DNA of 64,000 nt from Blastocatellia bacterium (lineage in GTDB: Bacteria; Acidobacteriota; Blastocatellia; UBA7656): contig CAVXWP010000001.1 in the NCBI GenBank assembly GCA_963765495.1, positions 736,001 to 800,000 of the forward strand, given 5' to 3'. The notes beneath the pieces are model-generated. The model was given only the letters and a program-made list of their open reading frames with translations, was not told the origin of the DNA and searched no databases. This document shows, piece after piece, positions 52,479 to 61,928 of this stretch. The stretch's first letter is position 1. Every line of letters begins with the position of its first letter. The position numbers and the translations under genes were made by a program.

Positions 52479-53339
52479 ATGCGAATCTGTTTTTTGATGG
52501 AACCGCCCAGAAGCAAGACCTCTGTCACGCACGACATACTCGATGGCTTGAAAAGCGAAGGCGCTGATGTGGAGATAGTCACCGAGCGCACGGGGCTTGT
52601 TGACCTCGAAGGCTTCAAGTTTGACTACGACCTCTATCTTTTCAAGTCTCACTCGCCGCTTGCGGAGTCCTTAGCCGCCGCCGCTCATTACAGAGATTCT
52701 CTTTTGTTAAACGAATACCCGGCGACGATGAAGGTCCGCGATAAGGTGCTGACCTGCACGATGCTCTTGCAGGCGGGGCTGCCCACGCCGCGCACTTTTG
52801 TGACCGATTCGATAGAGACGCTTCGCCCGGTTGTGCGACGTATGCCGATAGTTGTAAAGCCTTATCGCGGCAGACGCGGGCAGGGAATAGAGGTTTGCAT
52901 GGATGAGGCTCAATTTGATGCGCTCATCAAGCGCCGCGCCGGAGAGTCTGTTTCAGATGACGAAGGCGGCGAAGACGGGACCGCGCTTGGCGAGCGGCTG
53001 ATCTTTGCTCAGGAATTTGAAGAACACGAGCCGTTCGATTATAAAGCCTACGCGATAGGCGATTATGTTCACGCGATAAAGCGGATATTTCCGGCCACGA
53101 CCAGAGAAGAAAAAGACGGCACGCCCGTTGGTGACGATCCCGAGCTTCAAGACCTTGTCAAGCGCACGGGCCGATTGTTTGGCCTCGAACTCTACGGCGT
53201 CGATCTGGTCAAGACGCCAAAGGGATTCTCGGTCATCGAAGTCAATTGTTTCCCCGGTTACAAAGGGGTTCCTCAGGCGGGCGAGCGCATAAGCAAATTT
53301 ATCGTGGATCGTGGCAGGCAACTTATTTCTGCGCGATAA
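52479..53339 (+). CDS. ATP-grasp protein 4 (RimK-size; ITPK1-like motifs)
   Basis: [49 protein letters not shown]. Confidence 0.9.
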   Translation: MRICFLMEPPRSKTSVTHDILDGLKSEGADVEIVTERTGLVDLEGFKFDYDLYLFKSHSPLAESLAAAAHYRDSLLLNEYPATMKVRDKVLTCTMLLQAGLPTPRTFVTDSIETLRPVVRRMPIVVKPYRGRRGQGIEVCMDEAQFDALIKRRAGESVSDDEGGEDGTALGERLIFAQEFEEHEPFDYKAYAIGDYVHAIKRIFPATTREEKDGTPVGDDPELQDLVKRTGRLFGLELYGVDLVKTPKGFSVIEVNCFPGYKGVPQAGERISKFIVDRGRQLISAR

Positions 53340-53377
53340 TCTCTGACCTCGACGGCCACTAAATCAGCCGGTCCAGA

Positions 53378-53406
53378 TTGACAAACAAAAGGGCGAGGAG
53401 TAAAAC
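53378..53406 (+). promoter_or_regulatory. Putative sigma70 promoter for the NHL / kinase-MFS / DUF3616 genes
   Basis: TTGACA-N17-TAAAAC. Confidence 0.4.
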
Positions 53407-53515
53407 GACGATGTTCACAAGCCATGCGTAAGCGCCCCAAACTCAGGCAGCAACGCTAACGGGCCGGACTCTCATTCAGGTTGTTTCCGGCTCTGTCGTT
53501 ATTAGGAGGAATTTT

Positions 53516-54892
53516 ATGAGCAGAAGCCCCGTATTTAAGACTCAGTTCACAAGTTCTATGACAACGGCTGTGATGATCTTTCTCTTGCATCTGGCCGTTG
53601 CCGGTTCCGCACTGGCACAGGCGCAGACAGGCAACGCGCCGCCTGAGCCCGAGAAAGACCCGCAGCGCGCGCACTGGCGCATAGAGGTCGAGCCTTATGC
53701 CGTTTTAGGCAGCGGGCAGCCCGGCAAACTGGCCTCCGATTTCGGCAAACCCGACGGCGCTGCATTCACTCCTACGGGTTTGCTGCTTGCAACCGACGGG
53801 AAGAATCGCCGGGTGCAGGTCTGGGACGTGCGCAATCGCACGCACCTGGGCGAATTCGGCCACAAAATCTTTGGAGGCGAGATCGTCGATATAGCCGTTA
53901 TGCCCGACGGACGAGTGCTTGTAACCGATCAAACGCTCAATCTCGCTTACGTATTCGCCCCTCCCGCGCCGGGCGAAAAGGACGAGAACGGCAAGACGCT
54001 CGGCCCTTACGATTACCAGTTCAAGGGCACGCATTTCGGCGAGCAGGGATTCAATAAACTCGGAGGCATAGCCGTTGATTCGCGAGGCAGGATCTATCTG
54101 GTCGACGCGCATCTGAACGATGTGCGCCGCTTCAACTCCGACTTCTCGCTCGATTCGTCGTGGAAGTTCGAGCGGGCGCGACCGGATGGGACCACCTATC
54201 TTCACGGCTGCGAAGGGATCGCTATAGATGAGCAGGAAGGAAACCTTTTTATAGCGAGCGAAAAGGATTACATCATTCAGGTCTTCGATCTTGAGACAGG
54301 AGCCTACAAGCGCCGACTCATCGGCGCGGGCGTGGATAAATCGGGACAGCCCGTCGGGCAGTCCGTATTTTCGGGTTCGGTCGAAGGTCTCGCCGTCACG
54401 CGAAATCATCTTTTCGCCGTAGACGAAAACGCCGGTTTTATTCAGATATTCGACATCATGAAGCCCGACAGCTTCAATGTTGATCTTGCCGGATACAATC
54501 GGACGCGGCGCACTCGATCAGGCGGATACAGGGGATTTTTCGGCCATTCGCCTCTGGTCAACTTTGCCGATAAAGAAGATACAGCGCTGCAAAAACGCTT
54601 GAAGGATGGTTCGATAATACCGGGGCAGGCCAATCCGCCCGGCTATTTCTGCTCGCCTGACGCGATTGCCAGCTACACCGATGACGAATCGGGCGAGACA
54701 TATATCGCCATAGCCGATCAGTGGAATTTCCGGCTTGCCGTCTATCGCTGGTCCGATCTGACCAAAGCGATGGAGCCCGCCTCGGCAAAAAGCGAAGCCG
54801 GGGCGAAAGGCAAATCGAAAGGCGGAGGGAAGAAGAAAGGCGATGGAAAGGGAAAGAATAAGGACGGCAAGAAGAAGAAAAAAAAGAATTGA
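53516..54892 (+). CDS. Exported NHL-repeat beta-propeller with Lys-rich C-terminal tail
   Basis: AGGAGG RBS; signal peptide ALA-Q; FGKPDG, GIAVDSRGRIY, EGIAID, IADQWNFR repeats; tail KGKSKGGGKKKGDGKGKNKDGKKKKKKN. Confidence 0.85.
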   Translation: MSRSPVFKTQFTSSMTTAVMIFLLHLAVAGSALAQAQTGNAPPEPEKDPQRAHWRIEVEPYAVLGSGQPGKLASDFGKPDGAAFTPTGLLLATDGKNRRVQVWDVRNRTHLGEFGHKIFGGEIVDIAVMPDGRVLVTDQTLNLAYVFAPPAPGEKDENGKTLGPYDYQFKGTHFGEQGFNKLGGIAVDSRGRIYLVDAHLNDVRRFNSDFSLDSSWKFERARPDGTTYLHGCEGIAIDEQEGNLFIASEKDYIIQVFDLETGAYKRRLIGAGVDKSGQPVGQSVFSGSVEGLAVTRNHLFAVDENAGFIQIFDIMKPDSFNVDLAGYNRTRRTRSGGYRGFFGHSPLVNFADKEDTALQKRLKDGSIIPGQANPPGYFCSPDAIASYTDDESGETYIAIADQWNFRLAVYRWSDLTKAMEPASAKSEAGAKGKSKGGGKKKGDGKGKNKDGKKKKKKN

Positions 54893-54967
54893 CCTGATTA
54901 AAGACTTGCTCGTAAAAGTAAATATATTACGGTCCTCTGCCGGGACTTCTGTATCTGAGGAAATGTT

Positions 54968-57900
54968 GTGAAACTCTGTCCCGTCTGCAAAAAAGAAGCC
55001 CCCGACGAGCGCAAATTTTGCCCTTTTGACGGGACACCTCTTCCTGATCTTGCGCCGCCCGCCTCGCCCGGCGATGCCGCGAGAGCCTTTCCCCTGCTTA
55101 TAATTCAATCTCCCGGCGGGCAGGTTCAGGAAGAGGCGATCACAACAACGCCGATCAATATAGGCCGCGCGCCCGATAACGACCTCTCGCTTTCCGACCC
55201 TACCATCAGCCGCCATCACGCGACGCTTATCTGGGAGGATGGGCAGTACAGAGTTGTGGATGCGGGCGGGCGCACGGGTCTCTTTGTCAACGGGCGTAGA
55301 GTAGATGAACAGGGATGGGCACTGTGTCAGGACGATGTCATTACAATCGGGCGAACTCAGATCACCTTTCAGATTCCCGGCATCGAGCTTGGCGGGCACC
55401 CATCCAGAACTGCTCGCACACAGGGCCAGCCAGATTCCACCCCCGATTCGGCTTATCCCGAACAGGCGGGGCATATCGAAATACTGACCCCTTCCGGGGA
55501 ACGCCTCTATGTAAATCTCGCGGGCGACCCGGTAAGGATAGGCGCGGGCGCAGACAATGACGTAGTGCTCGACGACCCGGCCATCAGTCACAACCACGCG
55601 ATCATAGGTTTGCGCGACGGCGGGTGGTACATTCAGGATGCGGGCAGCCGCAACGGCGTCTTTGTCAATAGGAAACGGGTAGGCTCGGACGGGCAGCCCA
55701 TCGAGCCGGGTGATTCGATAATAATAGGCCGCACACGTATCGCGCTCGCGCTTGGCCCCGAGACAGCCGATGTTCCCGTGCTCGACGAGAAGGCCACGAA
55801 ATCCGGTTTGACCGGGTTGCCGCCCACCAGACCTTTCTCCCCAAAATCTTCTCCTTCGGAGGCGGAAGGCGCTCAGGGCTACAAGACGCCCGCCGCTATA
55901 CCTAAGACCGGCCCCGCCGGTCTGCCTTCCATAGTCCTGGACAACCGATATAAGCTCGGAGCCCGAATCGCGCAGACATCGACCGGCACTCTTTATCGCG
56001 CCCGTCGCATAGCTCTTGGCGATGAAGTTCTTGTGAGAGTCCTGTACCCGGATCTGGTGCGCGACCCGGCAGCTTACGCGCGGTTTCGCAGGGGCGCGCA
56101 GGTGGCGGCAAGGATACAGCATCCGAATTCAGTCAAGATATTCGATTTCGGCTCGACCGAGGATGGGGTCGTCTATGTCGTAGAAGAGTTGCTATCGGGC
56201 CGCACCTTGCGCAATCTGATAGTCGAAGAGCGCGGCCTGACCTTGCAGCGCGTCGTCGGGCTGTTCAATCAGATATGCGGGGCCGTACACGCGGCGCACC
56301 TCAACGGCATAGTGCTGCGCGACATAAAACCCGAATCCATCTTTATCGAAAAGGGGCCGGACGGCAAAGAGCTAATCAAGGTGGGCGGTTATGGTCTGGC
56401 CAAGCTCAGCCCCTCGGAAAGCGCGGGCGTGACTATGGCCAGTCAGGCAAAAGTCTTCGGAGCGCCGCAATATATGTCGCCCGAACAATGGCTCGAACGC
56501 CCGCTCGACTCCCGATCCGATGTCTATTCGCTCGGCGTCATCCTCTTTGAATTGCTCACGGGCGCTGTGCCTTTTGACGCGCTTATGCCGGGAGAAATCG
56601 CCCAATTGCATCTGACCGCAAGGGTGCCGGATATTACCGAACTGGGACGCCCCGATCTAAACGAGGATGTGGCGGCTGTGGTAAATCGCGCGCTCGCAAA
56701 AGACCCGAAAGACAGACAGCCCACGGCACTCAATCTGGCCTCCGAGCTTCAGGCCGTATCGGGCGCGCCGCGCGGCATACTGAGCGATTTCCTGAGCCGG
56801 ACCATAGGCATAAAAGCCCTGCCGCCTGTTGTCGTACCGACTGCGCCCGCCTCGGTCCCTGCCGGAGAAGAGACCTTGCCATCGGTTGTCGCCGCGCCCG
56901 AGCCTAAAGCGGGCGGCTCGCTCAACCCTGTGGTCCTCGCCCTGATGTGTGAGGCCTTTCTTTCGCGCATATCGAGCGGGATGATAAAGACGGCCGTGCC
57001 GCTTTATGCGCTGCTGGTCTTTGGCCTCGACATCACTTCCGTCATGGTGCTCGTGCTGATTCAAAACATAGTGCCCCTGCTGCTGCGCCCCTTCTTTGGC
57101 ACGCTCGCCGACAGGTACGGCAAGAAGCGCGTATTTTTGATCGCGCTTGCCATTCGCACGCTTGTCAGCATACTTTACGCGCTAGCCACGCTGCCGCTTT
57201 TATTTATCATCAGCGCCATAAGGGGGATAGCCGATTCGGCAAAAGGGCCGTCGGCCTCGGCTATGATAGCCGACAACACGGACGAGCGACACATAGCCAA
57301 AGCCTATTCCTGGTATACGACTACGAAATCGACATCGGGCGGCATCGGCGAGGCGCTGGCGGCTTTCCTGCTGGTCACACTGATAGTCTTTCTCTCTGGC
57401 AGCCAGAATGTGACTGTAAATGTGGCCGTGCTCGAAGAGAATCATCTGGGCAAGCCTGTGGAAGAGATTTTAAAAAGCCCGGCGGATGTGACCGCAGACC
57501 GGATGCTGCCGGGAACCGAGGCCAACCCGAAGCCGCGCCGTGTGCTCATGGTAGAGCAGCGCCAGATGCCGCTCAGTCAGGTTCCGCTCGAAGATTTGCC
57601 AAAGGTCATAGAGGACACGTTCCTCAGGAGGGCGCTCGTTGTCATCTTTGTGGGTTCGACTATTCTTTCGGCCATCTCGCTCATATTGGTTGCCGTCTTT
57701 ATTCGCGAAAAAGACAAGTCAAAGAAAGTGAAAAAGAGCGCATCCAATGAATCCGCCCTGCTCGACAGATCAACCTCGCCCGCCACGCAGCCAAACATCT
57801 GGGCATTTGCGCTGATGGGCACGGCGCTCACGGCTCCGGCCTACATGGTAACGGGCGAGTTTTTCACCGTGCTTGCGGTGAAACTGGAAGTCACATCGAA

Positions 57901-58369
57901 TGCGCTCGGATGGATAAAGATACTGGCCGAGACCATAGTGCCGCTCCTGTTCGGCCCGTTTTTCGGCTGGCTTGCCGACCGCGTAGGAACAGGAAAAGTG
58001 ATCGCGACGCGCTCGATTGCCAACCTGGCCACGTCGCTGCTGTTTTGGATAACGCCCTGGTTTGCCGGAACCTTTTTGCTCAGCACGATGATGGGGCTTG
58101 CGCGCGGGGTTGACGAAATAGGCAAGGCCGCCTTCAAGCCTACGTGGGGAGCCATCGCGGCCAAAGTGTCGAGTTTCAATCTGAGCAATCGAAGCCGGAC
58201 TATGGGCATACTCGAAGGCGGTGTTGACGCATCGGACCTGGCTTTCCCGGTGCTTGCGGGGTTGTTGTTGCAATACCTCTCGCTCGGCCTCCTGATGGCC
58301 GTCCGCGCCTTGTTTGCCATCGCCGCCGAAGTTTACACTTTTATCCTCATGCGGAGATACAGGATTTAG
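54968..58369 (+). CDS. Zn-ribbon, FHA, FHA, Ser/Thr (pseudo)kinase, MFS transporter fusion protein
   Basis: CPVC..CPFDG; two FHA domains (IGR..ISRHHA; IG..ISHNHA..GSRNG); kinase HPN, RDIKPE, YMSPEQ, SDVYSLG; C-terminal MFS ([18 protein letters not shown]). Confidence 0.88.
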   Translation: MKLCPVCKKEAPDERKFCPFDGTPLPDLAPPASPGDAARAFPLLIIQSPGGQVQEEAITTTPINIGRAPDNDLSLSDPTISRHHATLIWEDGQYRVVDAGGRTGLFVNGRRVDEQGWALCQDDVITIGRTQITFQIPGIELGGHPSRTARTQGQPDSTPDSAYPEQAGHIEILTPSGERLYVNLAGDPVRIGAGADNDVVLDDPAISHNHAIIGLRDGGWYIQDAGSRNGVFVNRKRVGSDGQPIEPGDSIIIGRTRIALALGPETADVPVLDEKATKSGLTGLPPTRPFSPKSSPSEAEGAQGYKTPAAIPKTGPAGLPSIVLDNRYKLGARIAQTSTGTLYRARRIALGDEVLVRVLYPDLVRDPAAYARFRRGAQVAARIQHPNSVKIFDFGSTEDGVVYVVEELLSGRTLRNLIVEERGLTLQRVVGLFNQICGAVHAAHLNGIVLRDIKPESIFIEKGPDGKELIKVGGYGLAKLSPSESAGVTMASQAKVFGAPQYMSPEQWLERPLDSRSDVYSLGVILFELLTGAVPFDALMPGEIAQLHLTARVPDITELGRPDLNEDVAAVVNRALAKDPKDRQPTALNLASELQAVSGAPRGILSDFLSRTIGIKALPPVVVPTAPASVPAGEETLPSVVAAPEPKAGGSLNPVVLALMCEAFLSRISSGMIKTAVPLYALLVFGLDITSVMVLVLIQNIVPLLLRPFFGTLADRYGKKRVFLIALAIRTLVSILYALATLPLLFIISAIRGIADSAKGPSASAMIADNTDERHIAKAYSWYTTTKSTSGGIGEALAAFLLVTLIVFLSGSQNVTVNVAVLEENHLGKPVEEILKSPADVTADRMLPGTEANPKPRRVLMVEQRQMPLSQVPLEDLPKVIEDTFLRRALVVIFVGSTILSAISLILVAVFIREKDKSKKVKKSASNESALLDRSTSPATQPNIWAFALMGTALTAPAYMVTGEFFTVLAVKLEVTSNALGWIKILAETIVPLLFGPFFGWLADRVGTGKVIATRSIANLATSLLFWITPWFAGTFLLSTMMGLARGVDEIGKAAFKPTWGAIAAKVSSFNLSNRSRTMGILEGGVDASDLAFPVLAGLLLQYLSLGLLMAVRALFAIAAEVYTFILMRRYRI

Positions 58370-58491
58370 CATATCGAGATTTGAGATTTGAGACTTGAAA
58401 CCTCAGATGGGCGCGTGTGAATGAGATTAATTTCCAGCGTATTTGGTTTGCATTTGACGATAAAGGCGAAAATCGAAAGGTAAAGGATAAG

Positions 58492-59526
58492 ATGAGAAGT
58501 GATATGGATAGGATAAGAACAGGTGGTTCCGGCCTCCCACACGGGTCGGCCTCCGCTTTTTTGTGTATGGCTATAATCGTTATTTCGGTTATCGGGGCCG
58601 CCTCTTGCCACGGAAGTTCCAACAATAATGAGGCTAATGAGACGATGGCAAAGGGCGAGAAGAAGCATAAGGAAAGATCGAAAGGGATAGGCGAAGGCAT
58701 TGCGATCAAAGGGGGAACGTTTGAAACATCCGGGGCGGCGCAGGTTCCCGGAACCGATTATCTGCTCGTCGTTGACGACGGCAGAAACGATCAGATTCTC
58801 TTGCTGCAAATAGACAAAACGGGCCAGCAGGTAGGCGACCCCACTCCCTTAGACCTCGGGGTGAGCGTCAACGACCCGGAAGGCATCACCTTTGACGGAA
58901 CATATTTCTACATCGCGGGCTCGCAATCCCGGCCAAAGCAGGAAGAGAAAAACGCGCTCGCGCGATTTGTCTTTGACTCAAACACGCGGCAGATAAAGAG
59001 CGCGGAGGCGATAAAGGATTTCAGGTCGTGGCTCCTCGAAAAAGCGCCCGAGTTAAAGGCCGAAGGCGACCAGAAGGGCGAAGACGGCGGGCTGAACATC
59101 GAAGGCATCGCGTGGGACCCCGATCATAAGCGCCTTCTGCTCGGGTTGCGCTCGCCGTTTGTCGGCGACAAGGCAATGATTATACCCGTGAGTTTACGCA
59201 CGCCAACCGGCCCGTTTTCAGCCGACAATTTGCAGGTTGAAAAAGCCATCGAGTTGCCACTCGGCGGTGCGGGCGTCAGGGACATTCAATACGACAACCG
59301 ATTGAAATCTTTCCTGATAATTTCGGGCGCGCCTGAAACGCGCAAGAAAGGCGAATTTGATCTCTGGCGGTGGGACGGCAATTCAGAACCGCAGAAGATG
59401 GCCGTGCTTGATCGCAAATTGAAACCCGAAGGCGTAGCGCCGATCAAAATGGCCGATAGCGATTTTATCTTTGTAGTCTGCGACGCGAGTTTTTATTTCA
59501 AAATCGACTACCCCGAGGGGCAGTAG
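58492..59526 (+). CDS. DUF3616-like beta-propeller lipoprotein
   Basis: Lipobox AASC; FETSG, VVDD, DPEGIT..GTYFYIAGS, GLNIEGIAW..RLLLGLRSP, LGGAGVRDI, KPEGV; start uncertain (58417 also possible). Confidence 0.8.
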   Translation: MRSDMDRIRTGGSGLPHGSASAFLCMAIIVISVIGAASCHGSSNNNEANETMAKGEKKHKERSKGIGEGIAIKGGTFETSGAAQVPGTDYLLVVDDGRNDQILLLQIDKTGQQVGDPTPLDLGVSVNDPEGITFDGTYFYIAGSQSRPKQEEKNALARFVFDSNTRQIKSAEAIKDFRSWLLEKAPELKAEGDQKGEDGGLNIEGIAWDPDHKRLLLGLRSPFVGDKAMIIPVSLRTPTGPFSADNLQVEKAIELPLGGAGVRDIQYDNRLKSFLIISGAPETRKKGEFDLWRWDGNSEPQKMAVLDRKLKPEGVAPIKMADSDFIFVVCDASFYFKIDYPEGQ

Positions 59527-59697
59527 GCAGTAGGCAGTAGGCAGTTTTTAAGGGGGAATATCGCTATCTATACAGATGCCTGATTAGAACGGTGGGAATA
59601 GACCACGGACGGACGCGGATCGGGCGGATTTACACGGATGAACTCATCGCTTCAAAATAACTGCCTACTGCCTACTGCCTACTGCATACTGCCTACT
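59521..59697. repeat. Inverted (GTAGGCA)/(TGCCTAC) heptamer arrays enclosing a half copy of the AATAGGCC repeat
   Basis: cagtaggcagtaggcagtaggcagt ... aatagaccacggacggacgcggat...tttacacggatg ... actgcctactgcctactgcctactg, between convergent genes. Confidence 0.8.
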
Positions 59698-60747
59698 ATC
59701 CATAGGCCACTGTCTGGGCTTGCGGCCTCGTTTGAACATCAATTGGGGGAACATCAGATTGGCGCGAAACCGCTCAATCGAGTGGTCTCGTTCGACGTGT
59801 ATTCGCGGCAGGGCGAATCGGTCAAACTCATCATAAAATGCCATCGAGTCTTCATAAGATACAGCGTAGTGAAATCCTGCGCGGGCCACTGCTTCCTTTG
59901 CTTCGAGGCTGAATCTGGAGAGCGTCCCCGCCGGATAGGCGAATGCTATGGCCTCTTTCCCCAGATGTCGTTCGATGGCTCGCTTGCTTTCAAATATCTC
60001 CTGCTCAAGCTGCGCGTGGCCGACATTGGCAAGAATCGGATGTGTGATCGTATGACTGCCAAACTCGATGCCTTCGGACGCCATCAGATTGATCTCTTCC
60101 CAGGTGAGCATCATCTTTCGGGCAAGGTGCTCGGGCATCTCTACATCGAGTTCCAGATTGAGTCTTTCCAGAAAGCCCTGTCTGACCTCTTCGGGAACCT
60201 CCTTGATCCATTCAAGCACGCGCTCGATGGCGCTGCGTCTGTCGATTGCAGACCGAAGCGACATAGGCTCTCCTGAAACTGAGGGGAAGGAGATTTCCGC
60301 GCGCCGGGTTTTTTTCAATGAGTAAGTGATCCGATCCCACCAGAAGAGCTTCGATTGATTTATACAGCCCGTCGTGAGAAAGATGGTCGCAGGGAGCGCC
60401 AGAGCTTTCAGCACGGGGAAGGCATTGGTGTAATTGTCTTTGTATCCGTCATCGAAGGTGATCAGCAGAGCGCGGTGGGGCAATTTTCGCCCTTCGATCT
60501 CCGACTGGCGCAGGTCTTGAAAAGAGATAACATCAAAATTGTTCCGCGCAAACTTCATCTGATTATAGAAGCTCTCGGTGTCGGCGCTTATCAACTCTTC
60601 GTCAAAAGGAAAGGTGGCCGGGTCATCATCTATCACGCGATGATAGGCGAGTATGCGCAAGCCCTCCGAGCGGGCGCTGGCAAGCGACCATATTCGGCTG
60701 GTGAATTGATTGCCCAATAAGCGGGATGCAATCTCTCGTCTGCTCAT
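59665..60747 (-). CDS. Polysaccharide deacetylase (NodB/CE4)
   Basis: ILAYHRV, ITFDDGY, FGSHTITHP, FAYP. Confidence 0.92.
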   Translation of the reverse strand: MSRREIASRLLGNQFTSRIWSLASARSEGLRILAYHRVIDDDPATFPFDEELISADTESFYNQMKFARNNFDVISFQDLRQSEIEGRKLPHRALLITFDDGYKDNYTNAFPVLKALALPATIFLTTGCINQSKLFWWDRITYSLKKTRRAEISFPSVSGEPMSLRSAIDRRSAIERVLEWIKEVPEEVRQGFLERLNLELDVEMPEHLARKMMLTWEEINLMASEGIEFGSHTITHPILANVGHAQLEQEIFESKRAIERHLGKEAIAFAYPAGTLSRFSLEAKEAVARAGFHYAVSYEDSMAFYDEFDRFALPRIHVERDHSIERFRANLMFPQLMFKRGRKPRQWPMDSRQYAVGSRQ

Positions 60748-60756
60748 AATCGGCTC

Positions 60757-61905
60757 TCAAGACGCCGCGCTGCGAAGGCTGCGCCGGGCTTCGCGCAGAT
60801 GGGCGATAACCCGATCAGCCGCGCTGAAGACGGCTTCCTTTGAGTGCGCGCGCGCAAGTCGCAACTGGCGAATGCTACGGCTCTCAGCGCCCCACCTGAA
60901 CTTGTAGCTGCCCGGCTCGCCTTTCAGGAAATCACATTCCCTCAAGCCCATCTCTATGGCTTTCTCGACGGCGAAACTGCGAATCAGAACTCCGGGGCTT
61001 GATATACGGCCTCCTTCGAGGATGAGGCCGCTTTGATAATAATACATTTTGTTGTTGTAGATGAAATCATAGAGCGCGGCGGCAGGCTCTCCCGATTCGA
61101 AAAGCACGAAGAGCTTGAGCCACCCCTTTTGCAATGCCTTTGGCGCAAGCAAGCGATGAAAGCGCGTGAATCTTTCGCTTGAGAAAACACCCGGTCTTCC
61201 ACGCGAGGTCCATCGCGCCTGATGCAGCCGGATCAGTATCTCGAAGTGCTCGTCAAAACCTTTGAGGCTTTCGATCAGGCGCACTTCTCCCTTCAGGCTT
61301 TCGAGCGTTCTTCGCTCTTTGCGTATCTTTCTGCGAAAATCCCGGCTGAGCCCGCTCATAAATGTCTCCCAGTCGCCGGGCAGAGGAACATAGACGCAGA
61401 TTTGATCGCGCAGGGTTTGAAATTTTGTATCGCTCGCTTCGCATAAGGTTTCAAGGAAAGGCAGATTCGGCGACTCGCCGGAAATGTCGGTCAGGATGAA
61501 TTCATCCCAGTCCCTGTCTTGTTTGTGCAGGAATTCGAAGATGGCCCGAAGAGATTCGGCTTCGCGCCCGCCGAGAAGTATGAAATCGAGATAATCCGAG
61601 CAAATCTCGTCGGCCTCGTCTTCACCTGACCCGAGAAATTCAAGCCTGCGGTAAGGCAGCACTCCATAATGCCGCACCGTGCGTTTCAATAGCGGGGCGA
61701 TGCCGATAAGTTCTTTCCCGTCGCGGACCAGCAAAATATAAAGCTCTCTGCCCTCGCCAAACACATCCCACCACGTGCTCAGCCATTCCCATGTAAGTGT
61801 GATCGAGTTGCTGGAGCTTGCTTCAAGAAGGCCGTTCCACACCGATTCGAGATCGTTGAAATCTTCGCGGGTCGTTATCTTTTCAATCGTGATCTTGCTA
61901 CGCAA
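60757..61905 (-). CDS. GNAT-family acetyltransferase (CelD/BcsL-like)
   Basis: WEWLSTWW, GIAPL, SDYLD, YYYQSG, SPG, DFLKG..YKFRWG; TTG start with GGAG. Confidence 0.9.
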   Translation of the reverse strand: MRSKITIEKITTREDFNDLESVWNGLLEASSSNSITLTWEWLSTWWDVFGEGRELYILLVRDGKELIGIAPLLKRTVRHYGVLPYRRLEFLGSGEDEADEICSDYLDFILLGGREAESLRAIFEFLHKQDRDWDEFILTDISGESPNLPFLETLCEASDTKFQTLRDQICVYVPLPGDWETFMSGLSRDFRRKIRKERRTLESLKGEVRLIESLKGFDEHFEILIRLHQARWTSRGRPGVFSSERFTRFHRLLAPKALQKGWLKLFVLFESGEPAAALYDFIYNNKMYYYQSGLILEGGRISSPGVLIRSFAVEKAIEMGLRECDFLKGEPGSYKFRWGAESRSIRQLRLARAHSKEAVFSAADRVIAHLREARRSLRSAAS

Positions 61906-61928
61906 AACTTATCTCCAAATCAGGCTCA

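Noticed and set aside
48300-54960. Graspetide (ATP-grasp RiPP) cluster with a precursor peptide
   Set aside because: No small ORF with repeated TxxxD/KxxE-like cores or a PFFARFL-like leader was seen, and the enzymes lack graspetide-synthetase-like DWR/FLE.NP.GQ motifs.
54518-56122. 534-aa minus-strand ORF
   Set aside because: Antisense shadow of the NHL and FHA-kinase genes with no recognisable motifs.
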